64,000 bases of DNA from Acanthaster planci (lineage: Eukaryota), in NCBI RefSeq assembly GCF_001949145.1, contig NW_019091362.1, forward strand, positions 3,116,805 through 3,180,804, given 5' to 3'. Shown one piece after another: positions 1 to 11,607 of this stretch. The translations under genes and the position numbers were made by a program. The notes beneath the pieces were generated by a model. It worked only from the letters and a program-made list of their open reading frames with translations. It ran no database searches and was not told the origin of the DNA. Each line of letters begins with the position of its first letter. Positions within the stretch are counted from its first letter, which is position 1.

Positions 1-480
1 AGACTCTGCTGACTCTACGGACTCAGTACACAACTTGTTAATGACAAAGACTATGAAGTTTTTTATCGATATAGTGTCGGAACTGTTGGTAGTCACAGTG
101 TGTGATAAGTGGTCTCCCAACTCTTTGAATATTGTCTTGAGTGAAGGTCTTTCACACTTGATTTATCGCATGTATGTATGATATATATTTTTGCTTCGTA
201 TTGCATTTGATCGAAGAAAGGTTATTTTATGTGTAGTGTTTTTGATCACTTTGTATTTATAGATTAGCTTTTTGGCTGAGAATTTTTGGGCAACATTTAA
301 TGACCATAGGTAGGACAGCCAAGAGCCTTGGTAGCATTGCTATTGTTTGTGTCCTTTCTCCATGGTATAACTTGATCTTTGTGGCTAGTATGTCAGTTCC
401 TGCTTCTATAGAGGCAACTTCCAGGTTTATGAGTTATTGTAATGTTTAAACTGATTGGTTCTGAAGCTGAACCAACTTTG
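1..480 (-). mobile_element. Decayed non-LTR retrotransposon fragment, REL-endonuclease type (HERO/NeSL/R2-like): zinc-knuckle region and start of the endonuclease
   Basis: Frameshifted minus-strand translation gives ASIEAGTDILATKIKLYH / WRKDTNNSN..LGCPTYGH / VIKCCPKILSQK. This resembles the recalled 'A.tDtLpT..nL..W.....C..C..T..H.L..CP..L.Q' motif of REL-type LINEs, and a PD-like segment follows. It has many stops and frameshifts, and the match is from memory. Confidence 0.45.
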
Positions 481-803
481 TCCTTTTGATCAGAGAATTT
501 ACATGCGAGCATGAAGCAGATAGATTCACATGGGAGACGGCGGTACGTGAGGCATATTATTATAACTACTACAATCTATTAACTTTCGTATTTCACAGAA
601 ATATTTGGTAAAAGCATGGTAAAAGCTACGCAAATTCAGTGTTTGTAAATGGTTTGTTGAGTATAGTCTGTGCATATAAAGGTATATTTTCTGGCCAATT
701 TTTTTAAGAGCATTTTTTTCTTTATTCGGTATGCAACAGCTGGTTCCTGTATAAGTGACAGCCACCGTTTATTCTTACAGTTAGAGATTATCAAGAGTTT
801 GAT

Positions 804-1185
804 GTTTGTTTGTTTGTTTGTTTACACCCATGAAGCGAATCCCACAAGAGTCCCTGGTGAGGAAGGCCATGGTGATTGAGAAGGATTCATCTGCAGTCTT
901 TCTGGCAATACTGCATGACTTTTGAAGGTGCTTGTACATTGATAAAGTTAATTTGTTTCAAAGCCTCCTGGTTTTGGTAATTGTGACAAGAAAAATACGC
1001 TTAATCAATCAGTGTTAATATTCATTAAAAATAAATTTGAAAGCTAATGTTGATATTGATTAGATTCATCAGTTTGCTAATACCAGAAAGTATTAGCATT
1101 ATCAATCTGTACCTTTCTGGTTCACACCCAAAAAGTGTGAAATCTAGTGTGGATTGGATGCAGTGGAACGGTTCTGCAAAGTTAA
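804..1185 (-). mobile_element. Probable 3' end of a non-LTR retrotransposon with an (AAAC)n tail
   Basis: (GTTT)n at about 804-823 reads as an (AAAC)n tail on the - strand. Upstream of it, YKHLQKSCSIARKTADESFSI resembles REL-LINE C-termini. The fragment abuts the assembly gap. Confidence 0.35.
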
Positions 1186-1619
1186 NNNNNNNNNNNNNNN
1201 NNNNNNNNNNNNNNNNNNNNNNNNNNNNNNNNNNNNNNNNNNNNNNNNNNNNNNNNNNNNNNNNNNNNNNNNNNNNNNNNNNNNNNNNNNNNNNNNNNNN
1301 NNNNNNNNNNNNNNNNNNNNNNNNNNNNNNNNNNNNNNNNNNNNNNNNNNNNNNNNNNNNNNNNNNNNNNNNNNNNNNNNNNNNNNNNNNNNNNNNNNNN
1401 NNNNNNNNNNNNNNNNNNNNNNNNNNNNNNNNNNNNNNNNNNNNNNNNNNNNNNNNNNNNNNNNNNNNNNNNNNNNNNNNNNNNNNNNNNNNNNNNNNNN
1501 NNNNNNNNNNNNNNNNNNNNNNNNNNNNNNNNNNNNNNNNNNNNNNNNNNNNNNNNNNNNNNNNNNNNNNNNNNNNNNNNNNNNNNNNNNNNNNNNNNNN
1601 NNNNNNNNNNNNNNNNNNN
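1186..1619. other. Assembly gap (run of N)
   Basis: 434 consecutive N. Confidence 1.
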
Positions 1620-2493
1620 AAATTGTGTCCTTCATAAGTGTTAGTACATTAGCAATTACTGCATTATGTTTCAATAGATTTAAAATAGACGATTCGCAGA
1701 TGCACATCAATTTTTTAAACTATTGTCACAGATAGACTCTGTTCATTTTGTCTTTACAATATACAGGCCTGATGTGTCATATTTATGCGATGGTGATTTT
1801 TTGTCTTTTTTATCAAAAGCTTGTTCAGATATTTACTCATCCTACTGAACTTATGAATCTGCAAACCTGACTACTTGTGAGAATTTATCGGAAAGGGTTG
1901 AAATGACATGCAAAAATACTAATAGACATTATAATGACCGTTTCATAAACAATTGATTAAAAAAAGTTGTCGGTGTTATCATCAAAGTCATGTGTTGTAT
2001 GCAAGAGAAGATATTTATAGTGATTTTTCTTTCTTCTTTTGTCCAGAATCCTGTCCGAGATGACGCGGACAATGAATGAATGACAGCACTAGCTGCATCC
2101 TCTGTTGGAAAACTATACTGTCCGTAGTTTTTCTCACATAATTGATGTCCTCAGCCTTTGTAAAATAAGTTATTTTGGCACTTTTACACACAGGTCCACA
2201 CATGAAACTAATTCACTGTGTACGTATAAAAGAAAGAAAATCAGGCCGTTGCTGAAGGTTTTTCCGGTTTTTTTTCTGTGCGTACTTTGCCCCAGTTCAT
2301 AACTTTCACAAAAGATTGCAAACCAAATATTTTCGGGGGAACCTGAAAAATTCCACCAAATAATCACGACTTGATGTTTTTATGTTTCTATACCATCAGG
2401 ATATAGTTAACTCTCTTTTCCAACTCTGTCGTTTAGAATGGAAAATGACACGGAATATGTATGTGTTGCTGTAATTCTTTTTTAAATTATAGG

Positions 2494-3524
2494 CCCAGCA
2501 AATAAAAAATGACGTCACATCACTAAAATTTAGTTCCCCAGTTTCACTTTGTAATGGTATCGACTGTCAAAGTTTTGGATCCATAGAGATCATGGAGTAC
2601 ATTCTTTGAAATAAAAGTAGAGAAAGTAATTCTGATTCAGTTGTTTTGTTGTCATTCGTCGACAGGTATGTTTAATGTGGTAGGACTGATGTAAAAATGT
2701 GCATATGTGCAGCCGTTAAGCATCGAATAAGTGGTGCCCTCAAAGTTGCAGGAATGTTGTCAACAATGGTTGCAGTACAGTGTCTAAATGGTTGCAGTAC
2801 AAGTTCCAGTAACGTTCCCCAAATGTTTCAGTCCCGTACCAAATTAGTTGCTAAAACGTCCCTCCAATGTTGTCGTACTGTACTCACGACGTTGCAGTAA
2901 CGTCACTGGAATGTTACATTAACGTGACTACAAAGTTGCATAGACGTGCCCACAGGGTTGCGAAGAGGTTTCAATATCGTGCTCATCAAGTTGTAATCAA
3001 GTCCCAAAGAGGTTGCATACGCGTATCTACACTACATTTAGCTACTACGTTCCAAATGTGTTGCAATGCGGTGTCATATACGTTGCATTTAGGAAGCTGC
3101 ATAGTTGTATTGACGTACCCAAAGTTGTACAAACGTCCTCACCCAGGTTGCAGTAATGTGGCAGTTAAGTCGTAGTCGCGTTCCTACAGGGTTGTAAAGA
3201 CGTATCTGTTACGTGCCCATTAAGTTGCCCAAACGTTGTGCCTTGGTAAAAATCTGGTCGTAAATATGTCGCTGTTACGTGCCCAGATGTTGTATAAACG
3301 TGATATTTCGGTTGTTTGAAGGTTGCAGCATTGTTGCAGACATGTCAAAACATTGCGTTGTATTGACGTTGTAAAAACGTCTTCATAACGTTGTGTGATA
3401 ACGTTGTGGCAACGAAACTGGGAGTCGACATTTTTACGTCGCTACAACGTCACTTTTGTAACGTTGCGGAGACGAAAACGTGAACTTGTGGCAACGTCGT
3501 CACAACGTCAAATTGTTAGCTGGG
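2494..3524. mobile_element. Non-autonomous DNA transposon with CCCAGC termini and dense subterminal ACGTTG/CAACGT repeats (CMC/EnSpm-like)
   Basis: Left end cccagcaaataaaaaatgacgt (2494). Right end acgtcaaattgttagctggg (3524), whose reverse complement is cccagctaacaatttgacgt. Many short acgt/gttg motifs lie between about 2740 and 3510. No clean TSD was seen. Confidence 0.6.
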
Positions 3525-3599
3525 AATACTCTCAAAAAGTTCACTGATATCATTCTGGTACCATGCAAATTTCATCATTATGATTTTATAACTTCCGAT

Positions 3600-4520
3600 C
3601 AGGTAGGCCTAGATGTTAAAGGTAGACTCAAATTTTGTCATGAGTTTTGGCGAAGTATTGGTGCCCCTGATTTAATTTTGTCAATCATAAGTGAAGGTTT
3701 AAAATTGTGGTTCACAGAAAATCCTCTGCCTATGCGTTTCCCTAACAATGTTTCTGCTTTACGTAATAATTAATTTGTCACACAAACCACATTGGAATTG
3801 CTGGCTTCCAACCGAATCAGAGAGAGTAGTTTCCCTTCTTATCAGTCCCCTCTCTGTTGTTGTACAGGCTTCAGGTAAAAATCGTTTGATTCTTCACCTG
3901 AGCCAGTGAAATAAGTACGTCCAGAAGAATCATTTAAAAATTGATGATTAGAAAGTTGTTTTGCCATATTTCACTTTGGATGCCTTTTTGTTTTCTTTCG
4001 ATCTTAAGTCTGGATACCATCATGTTGATATTCGTCCCCATTACCACAAATATTTAGGTTTCTCTTGGTGTATTGAGGACGTTCATAAATATTTTTTGAG
4101 TTTACAGTTCTCCCATTCGGTCTCACCTCTGCTCTGTGGATCTTTACCAAGATCATGAAACCTTTGGTGACACATTGGCGTTCCTGCGGCATTTTTATTG
4201 CCCTTTACTTAGACGATGGTTTCATAGTCGTACCTCGATCGAATCTTTCTCGAGAACAGCATAATATTGTGGCATCTCAGGTTTCTGCCCATGTGAGGTC
4301 AGATCTTTTGAATACCGATTTCATTCATAATATTGAGAAAAGTGTTTCGAAGCCCAGTCAGTCCATTGTTTGGTTGGGTATGATTTGGGATTCCAGTTTG
4401 GGTACTCTCAAAGTCTTAGATCGTAGGTTGACTAAACTTCAAACCTCCATTTGTTCGCTCTCTCAATATCCTTCTTGCACAGTCAGGTAACTGCATTCCT
4501 TTGTGGGCCAGATAATTTAA
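3600..4520 (+). pseudogene. DIRS/Ngaro reverse transcriptase, disrupted
   Basis: RT motifs DLKSGYHH, LPFGL and YLDD are in the correct order, with in-frame stops and frameshifts. Most of RNase H appears deleted. Confidence 0.9.
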
Positions 4521-4800
4521 TTTCGTCACGGAAAGGGTGTTTTAGTTTGTCCATGGTGGCCCTCGAACGAGCCCATTCTGGCCTCTTTTGTGGTCAACCT
4601 TCTAGCCTTGTATTATCGATTTTTTTCGTTGTGCGTGCTGGGCGGGCTTTGGTTCACGGCAGGAATAAAAATTCTTTACTAGGTTCTCCAGAATTAGAAA
4701 GTGAGATGGTAGTTCTGAAATTGGACTGTTCCAAATTTTAATTTCCATTTGCTTCCTTCATGGTGAATCTTATCAGTTATTTTATTTATTTATTTTACAG

Positions 4801-5518
4801 ATTATTCAAGAGCAGCGGGATTCTAAAGACCAGTTATTGTTCGAAGCTATTACGGCAAAATCACTGCACCTCTAATTCCTATCTTTACAAATGTCATAAT
4901 TTCTTGAACTGGTTATCGGATCGTAAGATTCCTTGCTCCTTTCTCTTTCAGGATGAGGCTGTGGCAGCTTTCTTATATCATCTTAAGTCCCTTTCCCAGT
5001 CCGAGAGCGTCATTTCGATTGCAGCTGCTGTTATGAAATGGCTGCAGTCCTTAATGAATATTAAAGAAAATCCTATAGATTCCTCTATTGTCCAGAATAT
5101 TTTACTCGCTGCCAGAAAAAGTCTTTACAAACCACCGACCCACAAACTTCCTTTGGGACAGCTTAGAAAAATCCTGGATGATTATGCTGTTTTTATGAGA
5201 TTCCTGGACAGATCTGGTATCCAGTTGGGAGACGATAAGTTCATATTCACCCCGCTCACTTTCTGTTCCTCTAACGGTTCCTACAGACGCGGCCAGAACA
5301 GACCACCTAGTTACTCAAGGTGTAGGGAGTTATTTTTTTGAGGCCCTCAAGTCTATTGGTGTTGATAACGTTTCTGAATTTGGTCTTCACAGTTTACGTT
5401 CTGGATGGGCTTCTCATCTGGCTAATCGTAATATTCCAGAACTTTCATCCTCCAACATGGCCGTTGGAAGACTACTTCAGCCAAAAACCGTTATGTCAAC
5501 AAAGACACAAGCAAATGA
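4801..5518 (+). pseudogene. DIRS/Ngaro tyrosine recombinase, disrupted
   Basis: H-x-x-R (LHSLRSG), HGRW and catalytic Tyr (KNRYV) are present. Frameshifts occur near 5335 and 5443. The segment carrying the first catalytic Arg and Lys appears deleted near 5187. Confidence 0.85.
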
Positions 5519-6679
5519 TTGGAGTTGTCTGGGACTTTATTCGAATGAAATTTGGTTTGAACATATCGACTTTTTCGTTCCACTTCGGTCAATTTTATTC
5601 CCGACGCTTTTGAAGCATTTCAATTTGCTACGATAATTAATTTGAATTATGGAGAGCTAAGTTAGGCTCTTATATATTTATTAGAATTCTTTACTGCCGT
5701 TTTGCTGAAACCCAAATCGTTTGGGGTGTTAAGATTTGTAGATGCCATGTGAAGCCAATGGGGCCATTTTGATGATGAGTCCCGGCCAGAGTCTGAAGGG
5801 GCCGAGAAAGGCCAAGTGAGAAAGGGCAGGTGTCCCTGTTCAGCTTACGATGTTGTAAATTTAAGTTTGTATGAGTTTACTAATTGTTCTTTGATTTGTT
5901 CTTTCATCTTCTGTTTATGATTAATTACTCTAGTCGTAATATTTTGTAATTTTGTTGCTCGCTGTTAAATTTACCAATTTAGAGTGAAGATCCGACTTAT
6001 ATTTGCTCTGTGCTTATTCATTGAATTTCTGCTTTATATTTACTCTCGGCATATTCGTGCTTGCAGGCCAATTACCCATGTCGTCTCAAATAAATTTCAC
6101 TTGATTTGAATGATTTTGCATTTTTTGAATTCTTGGCCCTAGTAGAAAATCAAAACCGTTTTTCATGCGTATGAGCGTAGCGAAGTAGCATGAAAATCCA
6201 CTTATACAACAATGAGCGACCAAAGAAAAAAAATAGGCCAGCCGAATCATAAACAAACACCTCATAAGTTCTTGTGCACATTGTATTTACTTTGATGATT
6301 AGTCGTTTATTGTCAAGACTTTTTGCCAGTGAGCAGATTTTTATCATAATCTCCAAATGAAAAGTGGCTTGCTAATAATGACATCACACCTACAGTGACC
6401 TCATTTGTTGCAAAAACATGAACATCTTTTGAGTTTTATAAAGTTCACCGCGCAATTAGAGAGACCAAAAAAGAGTCGTCAGTTTTTCGCACGTTTGTGA
6501 GAAGAAAGTACCTGTAATTACATGTATAGGCACTTGTTACATGTAACAAGTTCCTAGATACATCATAATTAACAGTAAGAAAATCCCACTGCCAATTTTC
6601 TCAAAAATGAAAGATACTTAAGCACAAAGTCTATATGCAATACCAAATATACAATACCAAAGATGGACTGGTTCCTTAC

Positions 6680-6878
6680 CTAGGAGAGTCTGGATTGCAT
6701 AATGTAGGGAGGCTATGGAGCCGACTACCCACAGCTCGGTGTCGAAGTCCTCTGTCATAGAAGCAATCAGAACTCCGAGTGCTTTCAAGTTGCCGAAAAA
6801 GACAAGCTCTATTGTGAAGTTGGCCAGCACAACCGCCCAGCCCCAACCTCCTTCTTGGTATCTTGGAAGTGTTGCCAT
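6680..6878 (-). CDS. First coding exon of an SLC16 (monocarboxylate transporter, MFS) family gene; later exons lie left of the window or in the gap
   Basis: Acceptor ttgattgcag directly precedes the ATG (6878). Translation MATLPRYQEGGWGWAVVLANFTIELVFFGNLKALGVLIASMTEDFDTELWVVGSIASLHYAIQTLL(G) contains the SLC16 [D/E]GGWGW motif and TM1-TM2. Phase-1 donor G|gtaagg at 6680. Confidence 0.88.
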
Positions 6879-7789
6879 CTGCAATCAAATGGGACAGCCG
6901 AAGTTGAACTGTGTGAATGAAAGCAGACGCCACAGTAGTTTGTACTAACAGGTTTTACTGTAGGTTTTCACGACCAAATCAGCAGCCAGTTTAAGGCAGT
7001 GTCATATTTTGCTCCATAAGAACGACGCATGAACTGAGCATTCGAGTACCCCAATTCTTAAAATTGAAACTTGTTCCGGGAACATCCAGATTAGCACAGC
7101 CTAATAAATACTCGAATAAAATGAAATAAAAAATACAAATCTAACCGGAAACCTCTGATAATCTGTTTAAGTAAATCTGAGAAAACAATTCTCGGAGATA
7201 ACTTGAAGAGTGCACATGCTGCAGAAAGTAAACTTAAAGTGTGACGAACTATCTTAAAATTCATTGTATTAGAAAGCGGAAAACATGCAGAGGCCACCCT
7301 GCGTTGTGTGCACGGGCGTCTCTGGAGTGGGGTGTTACCCCCCCCCCATCGGTTAGTTTTGTCGATAAAATCATGGTCTGTGGGCAAAATTAAAACCGAA
7401 GAATGGAGAATGAAGATGAAAGGAAGGGGGGTACATTACACTTGCTTTGCGTGACGGTCCGTGAGCAAATTTCATGTGGCTCCCATTCAAAATGGTATAT
7501 CGACTCCTGTGGTTGTGTACCTTGAAATTGGATCAAACTGATGTAAGGGGGATACTAATCAATCATTTTTGGCGTATTCAAATTTAAAAACAAAAGTAGA
7601 AAACATTTCTATCTCTAGCACTATGCATTAAAAACAGATTAAATTTAAAACTTTGGAAAAAAATTGTACGTGCGAGTATGTTAATTGTGAACAAACTCTG
7701 TAAAAAAACGTATGGAACTTTACCCCACACTCATAAATACCTGCGACTGTCTCCATCTTCCACAACGTGCAACGTGACCGTGTTTTAAC

Positions 7790-7915
7790 TTTTGATAGCG
7801 CCTGCTGAAAGGTGATAATACCCAACGCGTAAAACACGCGCTGGCACCTGGATACGAGACAGTTTAATCGATTCTGATTGGTCAAAGTCGGTGTGGACGC
7901 GGCTCGCTACGCGAA
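7790..7915 (-). repeat. Interspersed repeat, copy 1 (partner at about 59790-59930, opposite orientation)
   Basis: ctggcacctggatacgagacagtttaatcgattctgattggtcaa is the near-exact reverse complement of ttgaccagtcagaatcgattaaactgtcttgtatccaggtgccag at about 59822. Confidence 0.85.
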
Positions 7916-8020
7916 AGAAATATACTCCCAGGCACAGTAGCGCATTGGAGACCACCCACACTCACAGACTAAAAGCGACTCTAGGAACACATTTATTGGT
8001 GTGCAGATACCATGCACGAT

Positions 8021-8166
8021 ATGGGGTCGATGGGTACCCCCCCCATGTCCAATCCCATTCCTATACACACTCTAGACTATTGTTACCAAACACATCCCCC
8101 AGAAGTCTGTAAAGAATTCCTGAGATTCAGACCAAACAATGACCAATACGGGGGGGTTCTCTCCCC
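8021..8166 (+). repeat. About 150 bp direct repeat, copy 1 (partner 13788-13936)
   Basis: Shared blocks catgtccaatccc, cctatacaca, agactattgttac, gaattcc..agattc, acaatgaccaa and ggggggttctctcc. Confidence 0.8.
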
Positions 8167-8302
8167 ACATCTTGCATCGTGTGTAACTTGTATCATGTTT
8201 GTTGTGCCTTAACCTTAGAAGGTGAATCCTAAGTAGGCATCAACCAGTACTAAATTGATCCTTTCGTAATTACACGGCTTGGCCGATTATTCCTTGCTCT
8301 GT

Positions 8303-8404
8303 AAGGAGAAACGACGAAAAAGTGGACATTCTTTGATTCGAATTGGCGAGGACGCGAAGCCCCTTCGAACCAAAGAATGTTCACCCTTTGAGTAGTTTCT
8401 CTTT
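8303..8404. repeat. Palindromic (fold-back) mini-element
   Basis: About 40 bp imperfect arms, aaggagaaacgacgaaaaagtggacattctttgattcgaa and ttcgaaccaaagaatgttcaccctttgagtagtttctcttt, flank a 21 nt spacer containing GCGAAGC. Confidence 0.75.
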
Positions 8405-9544
8405 AACTTAAACCACGACCCTCCCTCCACTATTGTTCACATTGTACAAAAGAACAAACAAGTTTTCCTGACGCTTTGAGACGAACGATCATTTGTCCAG
8501 CGTTTGCTGGCTATGTATATTTGCATGTACATAAAAGCTTCATTCCTGTCCCAATTGAGTAACTCCTCGGCTGGGTGCACAACTGTTTTTCATTCACAGG
8601 TAACAGTACATGCTTCACATGAAGTTACTCCCAGACATGAAGTCGACACTATCAGTGTATGGCACGGTCCATATGGATTTATATCTATATGTTAGTTGCA
8701 GAAATACGCTAAATTTAAGTTAGCAAAGGCTATCGATATGACTGTACAGAGCTGGGGACCTTTTATACCACCAACAAGCAAGTTTCCCGAGTGACTGGTT
8801 TGAGAACTACAGTTTACTGTCTTTTCAAATGAAGATTACGTTTTCAACCTTGAAAGTACATGCTTACTCTTTGAAATCCCTCAGTCACCAAAGGAAATTC
8901 TTCCGTTTGGAAAATACATGCATTTGGAATATCATTTCATTCATCTGGGAAGCATCATACCTAAGTTTCTAAACGATTAATCCGTTTTGCAAATTGTACA
9001 TGAATTGTGATTGCTGAAGTTGTTTTTAAAAGTTGTTTAATAACAGAAAAAGGGGTAAAAGTTCCTACATGTGAATTTTAAAATAAATACACAAAGAAAA
9101 AGGATAAAAATTATAAGATACCATTAGAATAAATATCTAAAGTAAAATAAAAAAAAACTAAAATGGATGGGATATATAAAAAGGAAACAGAAAGTCAACA
9201 GGTATGTATAATGAAGTAGACACATTAATAGCATTATATAGTGCAACGTAAGGAGCGGTTCGCTTTAATGGAAAATCGCTAATCTCAACAGAAAACGTTA
9301 CCGCGTCCATTTGAGTGTTAATCGTGTTGAACGTCTAAAACAATCTGCTTTATTGTTCAGAGCATTTCTTACGGTGTTTGACGTTGTAATTTAATGTCAC
9401 ACTTGCTTTTTCTTTGTGTGTCAAGTCGCTTTTGAAGAATGTCCACACTCTCCATTCTAAAAAACTGTACATTCTTAGGAATAATCGACACTTACTGAAT
9501 AGGGTGACGTCACAAGAGTGCTTTAATTAAAGCAAGTCACTCAC

Positions 9545-9700
9545 CAGAGCGATGTCGCAGTACTGGCCTGCCAGGTAGGTCCCCTTTCACTTGTGGAGTA
9601 AGAATCGTCACCACAGTGAAAACAAGACGTGCAAAGCAACACGGAAGTAATACGGAAAAGCTGGTGATGGTGGTGTAGGTTAGGTTGGCACTTGTGACAG
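9545..9700 (-). other. Candidate non-coding 5' UTR exon of the SLC16 gene
   Basis: Consensus donor ctg|gtgagt at 9545 on the - strand in a CpG-containing patch. The coding exon starts at an acceptor, so an upstream UTR exon is needed. TGACGTCA at 9505. The 5' boundary is a guess. Confidence 0.35.
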
Positions 9701-10329
9701 ACTATATGCCCTGTGTGCCAGAATCGAAAAAAAAAAATAGCAAAGACGATAGCTGTATTACATGTATACGGTTGGGTAGCCGCGCCCGTAACCATCCAGC
9801 CACACACTGTGGCTAAGTTCGGGCGGCTTGTTCTCGTATATTCAGGAACAGCCTGATTTGTTGTTTGTGGGTCGGCCGCTTGAACAATGGGAACGTACAA
9901 CCGGTTATCGCTACTAGTTACTTGTAGAATGCATGCTCGAGAATTAATGTTTGAGCTAACTTCTTTTCCATAAGAAAATCATATCTGTCGTGGAAAATTA
10001 TTGATATTAATTTGTGCAAAACTTTCCATTGTCTCCAGTTTTGTAAGCCATCTCGATAGTTTTACAGCTTTTCCAAAATCAAATCTCGCGAGTTTTCCCG
10101 TGTGTTCGTGTAAAACCCTAACGAGGGGTTGGTGTGTGAACCTGTTCTTAGAACAGTGTGCTTGGGTCATGTTCCTGCCGTTCGAGTGCGAGAACGCGAA
10201 ACCCGTGTCGAGAACAGGCCGCCCGAACTCGACCAATATGTAACAGAAGGGCTCCCTCTAGGGCCGAGCCGTCTCCCGAGCAGTTTGATGAAGATGACAC
10301 AGAACCCGTACATGCCTTAATTAAGCCCA

Positions 10330-10850
10330 GTGCATATGCAACATCTCAATCAGAGGTGACAAGGGCAGCTAGAATTGTAAATTAAACGAGAAGGAAAATA
10401 AAATTTGGATTTCAGGATTTTATGTAATTTAGTATAACTTGAATGTAAGAATCCTCCCCTAATAATCTTAAAGTGACATTTCCGAGTCAGATGCCTTGAG
10501 TGATTTTGAGCACTCGATGAGAAAGTGTTGACATCATCTTTGACAACACATGAATCCCACAAGTCACTAGGAAAGAAAATCATTTTATGCAGAAAGGTCT
10601 TCAGATCTCAACATTTGCCAGTGCGAAGTCTATGGAGGATGACTTCATTCCATTTGCTTATGCCCCAACTGGAGATGGTGAAAGATGGTTCATGAGAGTT
10701 TGTAATTAGGAACATTGTATTGCAATATGTGCAGAAATTATGCAGCTATGCAGGCATCTGTGCAGGCAGCTATACAACCATGCCAATTAGCCTTTTGTTG
10801 TTGCCTTGCATTTTAGGATGTGACTTTGTTAGTTTACACAATCCCGCCTT
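10330..10850 (-). mobile_element. Decayed I/Nimb-clade LINE 3' fragment (end of RNase H and CCHC knuckle)
   Basis: Minus-strand translation gives KSHPKMQGN (like WxPSHxGIxGN), then EVILHRLRTGKC..FLHKM...SDLWDSC and, after a frameshift, HFLIECSK. Confidence 0.65.
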
Positions 10851-11329
10851 GTTGGTGTGGATTGGTCGCTAGAGAGTTTTTGATGACTCTGTTTCAGAGC
10901 TCTGTAGAGAGAACACTTAATTGTTTTGTTGCTCTCTGCTTGCTGGCGACAACTGTGTACATTATTGCACAAGCACCTTTTTACGATCGTGTACTGCTTA
11001 CATGTGCAATCGCCATCTGTTCAACCATTGGCACAAGTCATGGGATGCTGCATGTGAACAGCCCTCAGGTACTGCCGAACTAGTGCTGTTGAACGCTTTT
11101 CAAAAGCCAGAATATAGTAGATTCATTGACTGTCGTTTACTTGTCGTTCATTATTTGGCTTATCATATATGTGGCATGTGGTCATTTATTGACACTATTG
11201 TGGATATTTGTCACATATTCCGTGAACCATACGGAAAACCGGTTCACAGATTCAGTTCACAACTGAATCTGCTTTCCCCAAAAGCTCGGCGATCACATAT
11301 TTCACTGCAGAGCATTGGTTTGAACCTTA

Positions 11330-11607
11330 TTGTTGTTGTTTTGTTTAAATGACGCTTTCAGCAACTCGGGCTATTTGCGCCAATAACTGTACTATCATCC
11401 ATACACTTTATTAATCAGCATCACATTACGGAGTTCGGAAGAAGGTCCAGTTTTAGAGGCAGGAGGAAACCGGATTACCCGTAGAAAACTTGCGCAGAGC
11501 GAGTATGGACTGGAAACCAAATGTTCTTAAAGCCTGGGCCAAGGCGGGACTCGCACCCGGGCCTCATTGGTGCAAAGCGAAGTAAGAACCGCTACGCTAA
11601 CCCGCTC
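11330..11607 (-). mobile_element. tRNA-derived SINE
   Basis: Minus-strand head gagcgggttagcgtagcggt...gggtgcgagtccc has A- and B-box-like motifs. Central ttttctacgggtaatccggtttcctcc resembles the conserved V/Meta-SINE domain. An (AAC)n tail lies at about 11330. Confidence 0.75.

Larger units (their letters stand above)
3590..6095 (+). mobile_element. Decayed tyrosine-recombinase retrotransposon (DIRS order, Ngaro-like): RT followed by YR
   Basis: RT: VKGRLKFCHEFWRSIGAPDLILSIISEG, SFDLKSGYHH (about 3994), LPFGL, FTKIMKPLVTHWR, YLDD (4206). YR: N-terminal domain from about 4800, SYSRCRE, GLHSLRSG (about 5382) and HGRWKTTSAKNRYV (about 5456). There are several stops and frameshifts. Outer boundaries are approximate. 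Confidence 0.9.

Noticed and set aside
804..1185. Possible endogenous negative-strand RNA virus L fragment (LDF...GGFE spacing)
   Set aside because: Only 3-4 residue matches and no GDN motif. The (AAAC)n tail and neighbouring LINE-like motifs fit a retrotransposon better.
1047..1735. Three ORFs of about 190 aa in the ORF track
   Set aside because: They are open only because they run through the N gap.
11530..11607. tRNA gene (also at about 56600 and 59237)
   Set aside because: A/B boxes are present but I could not build a full cloverleaf, and SINE body sequence follows.
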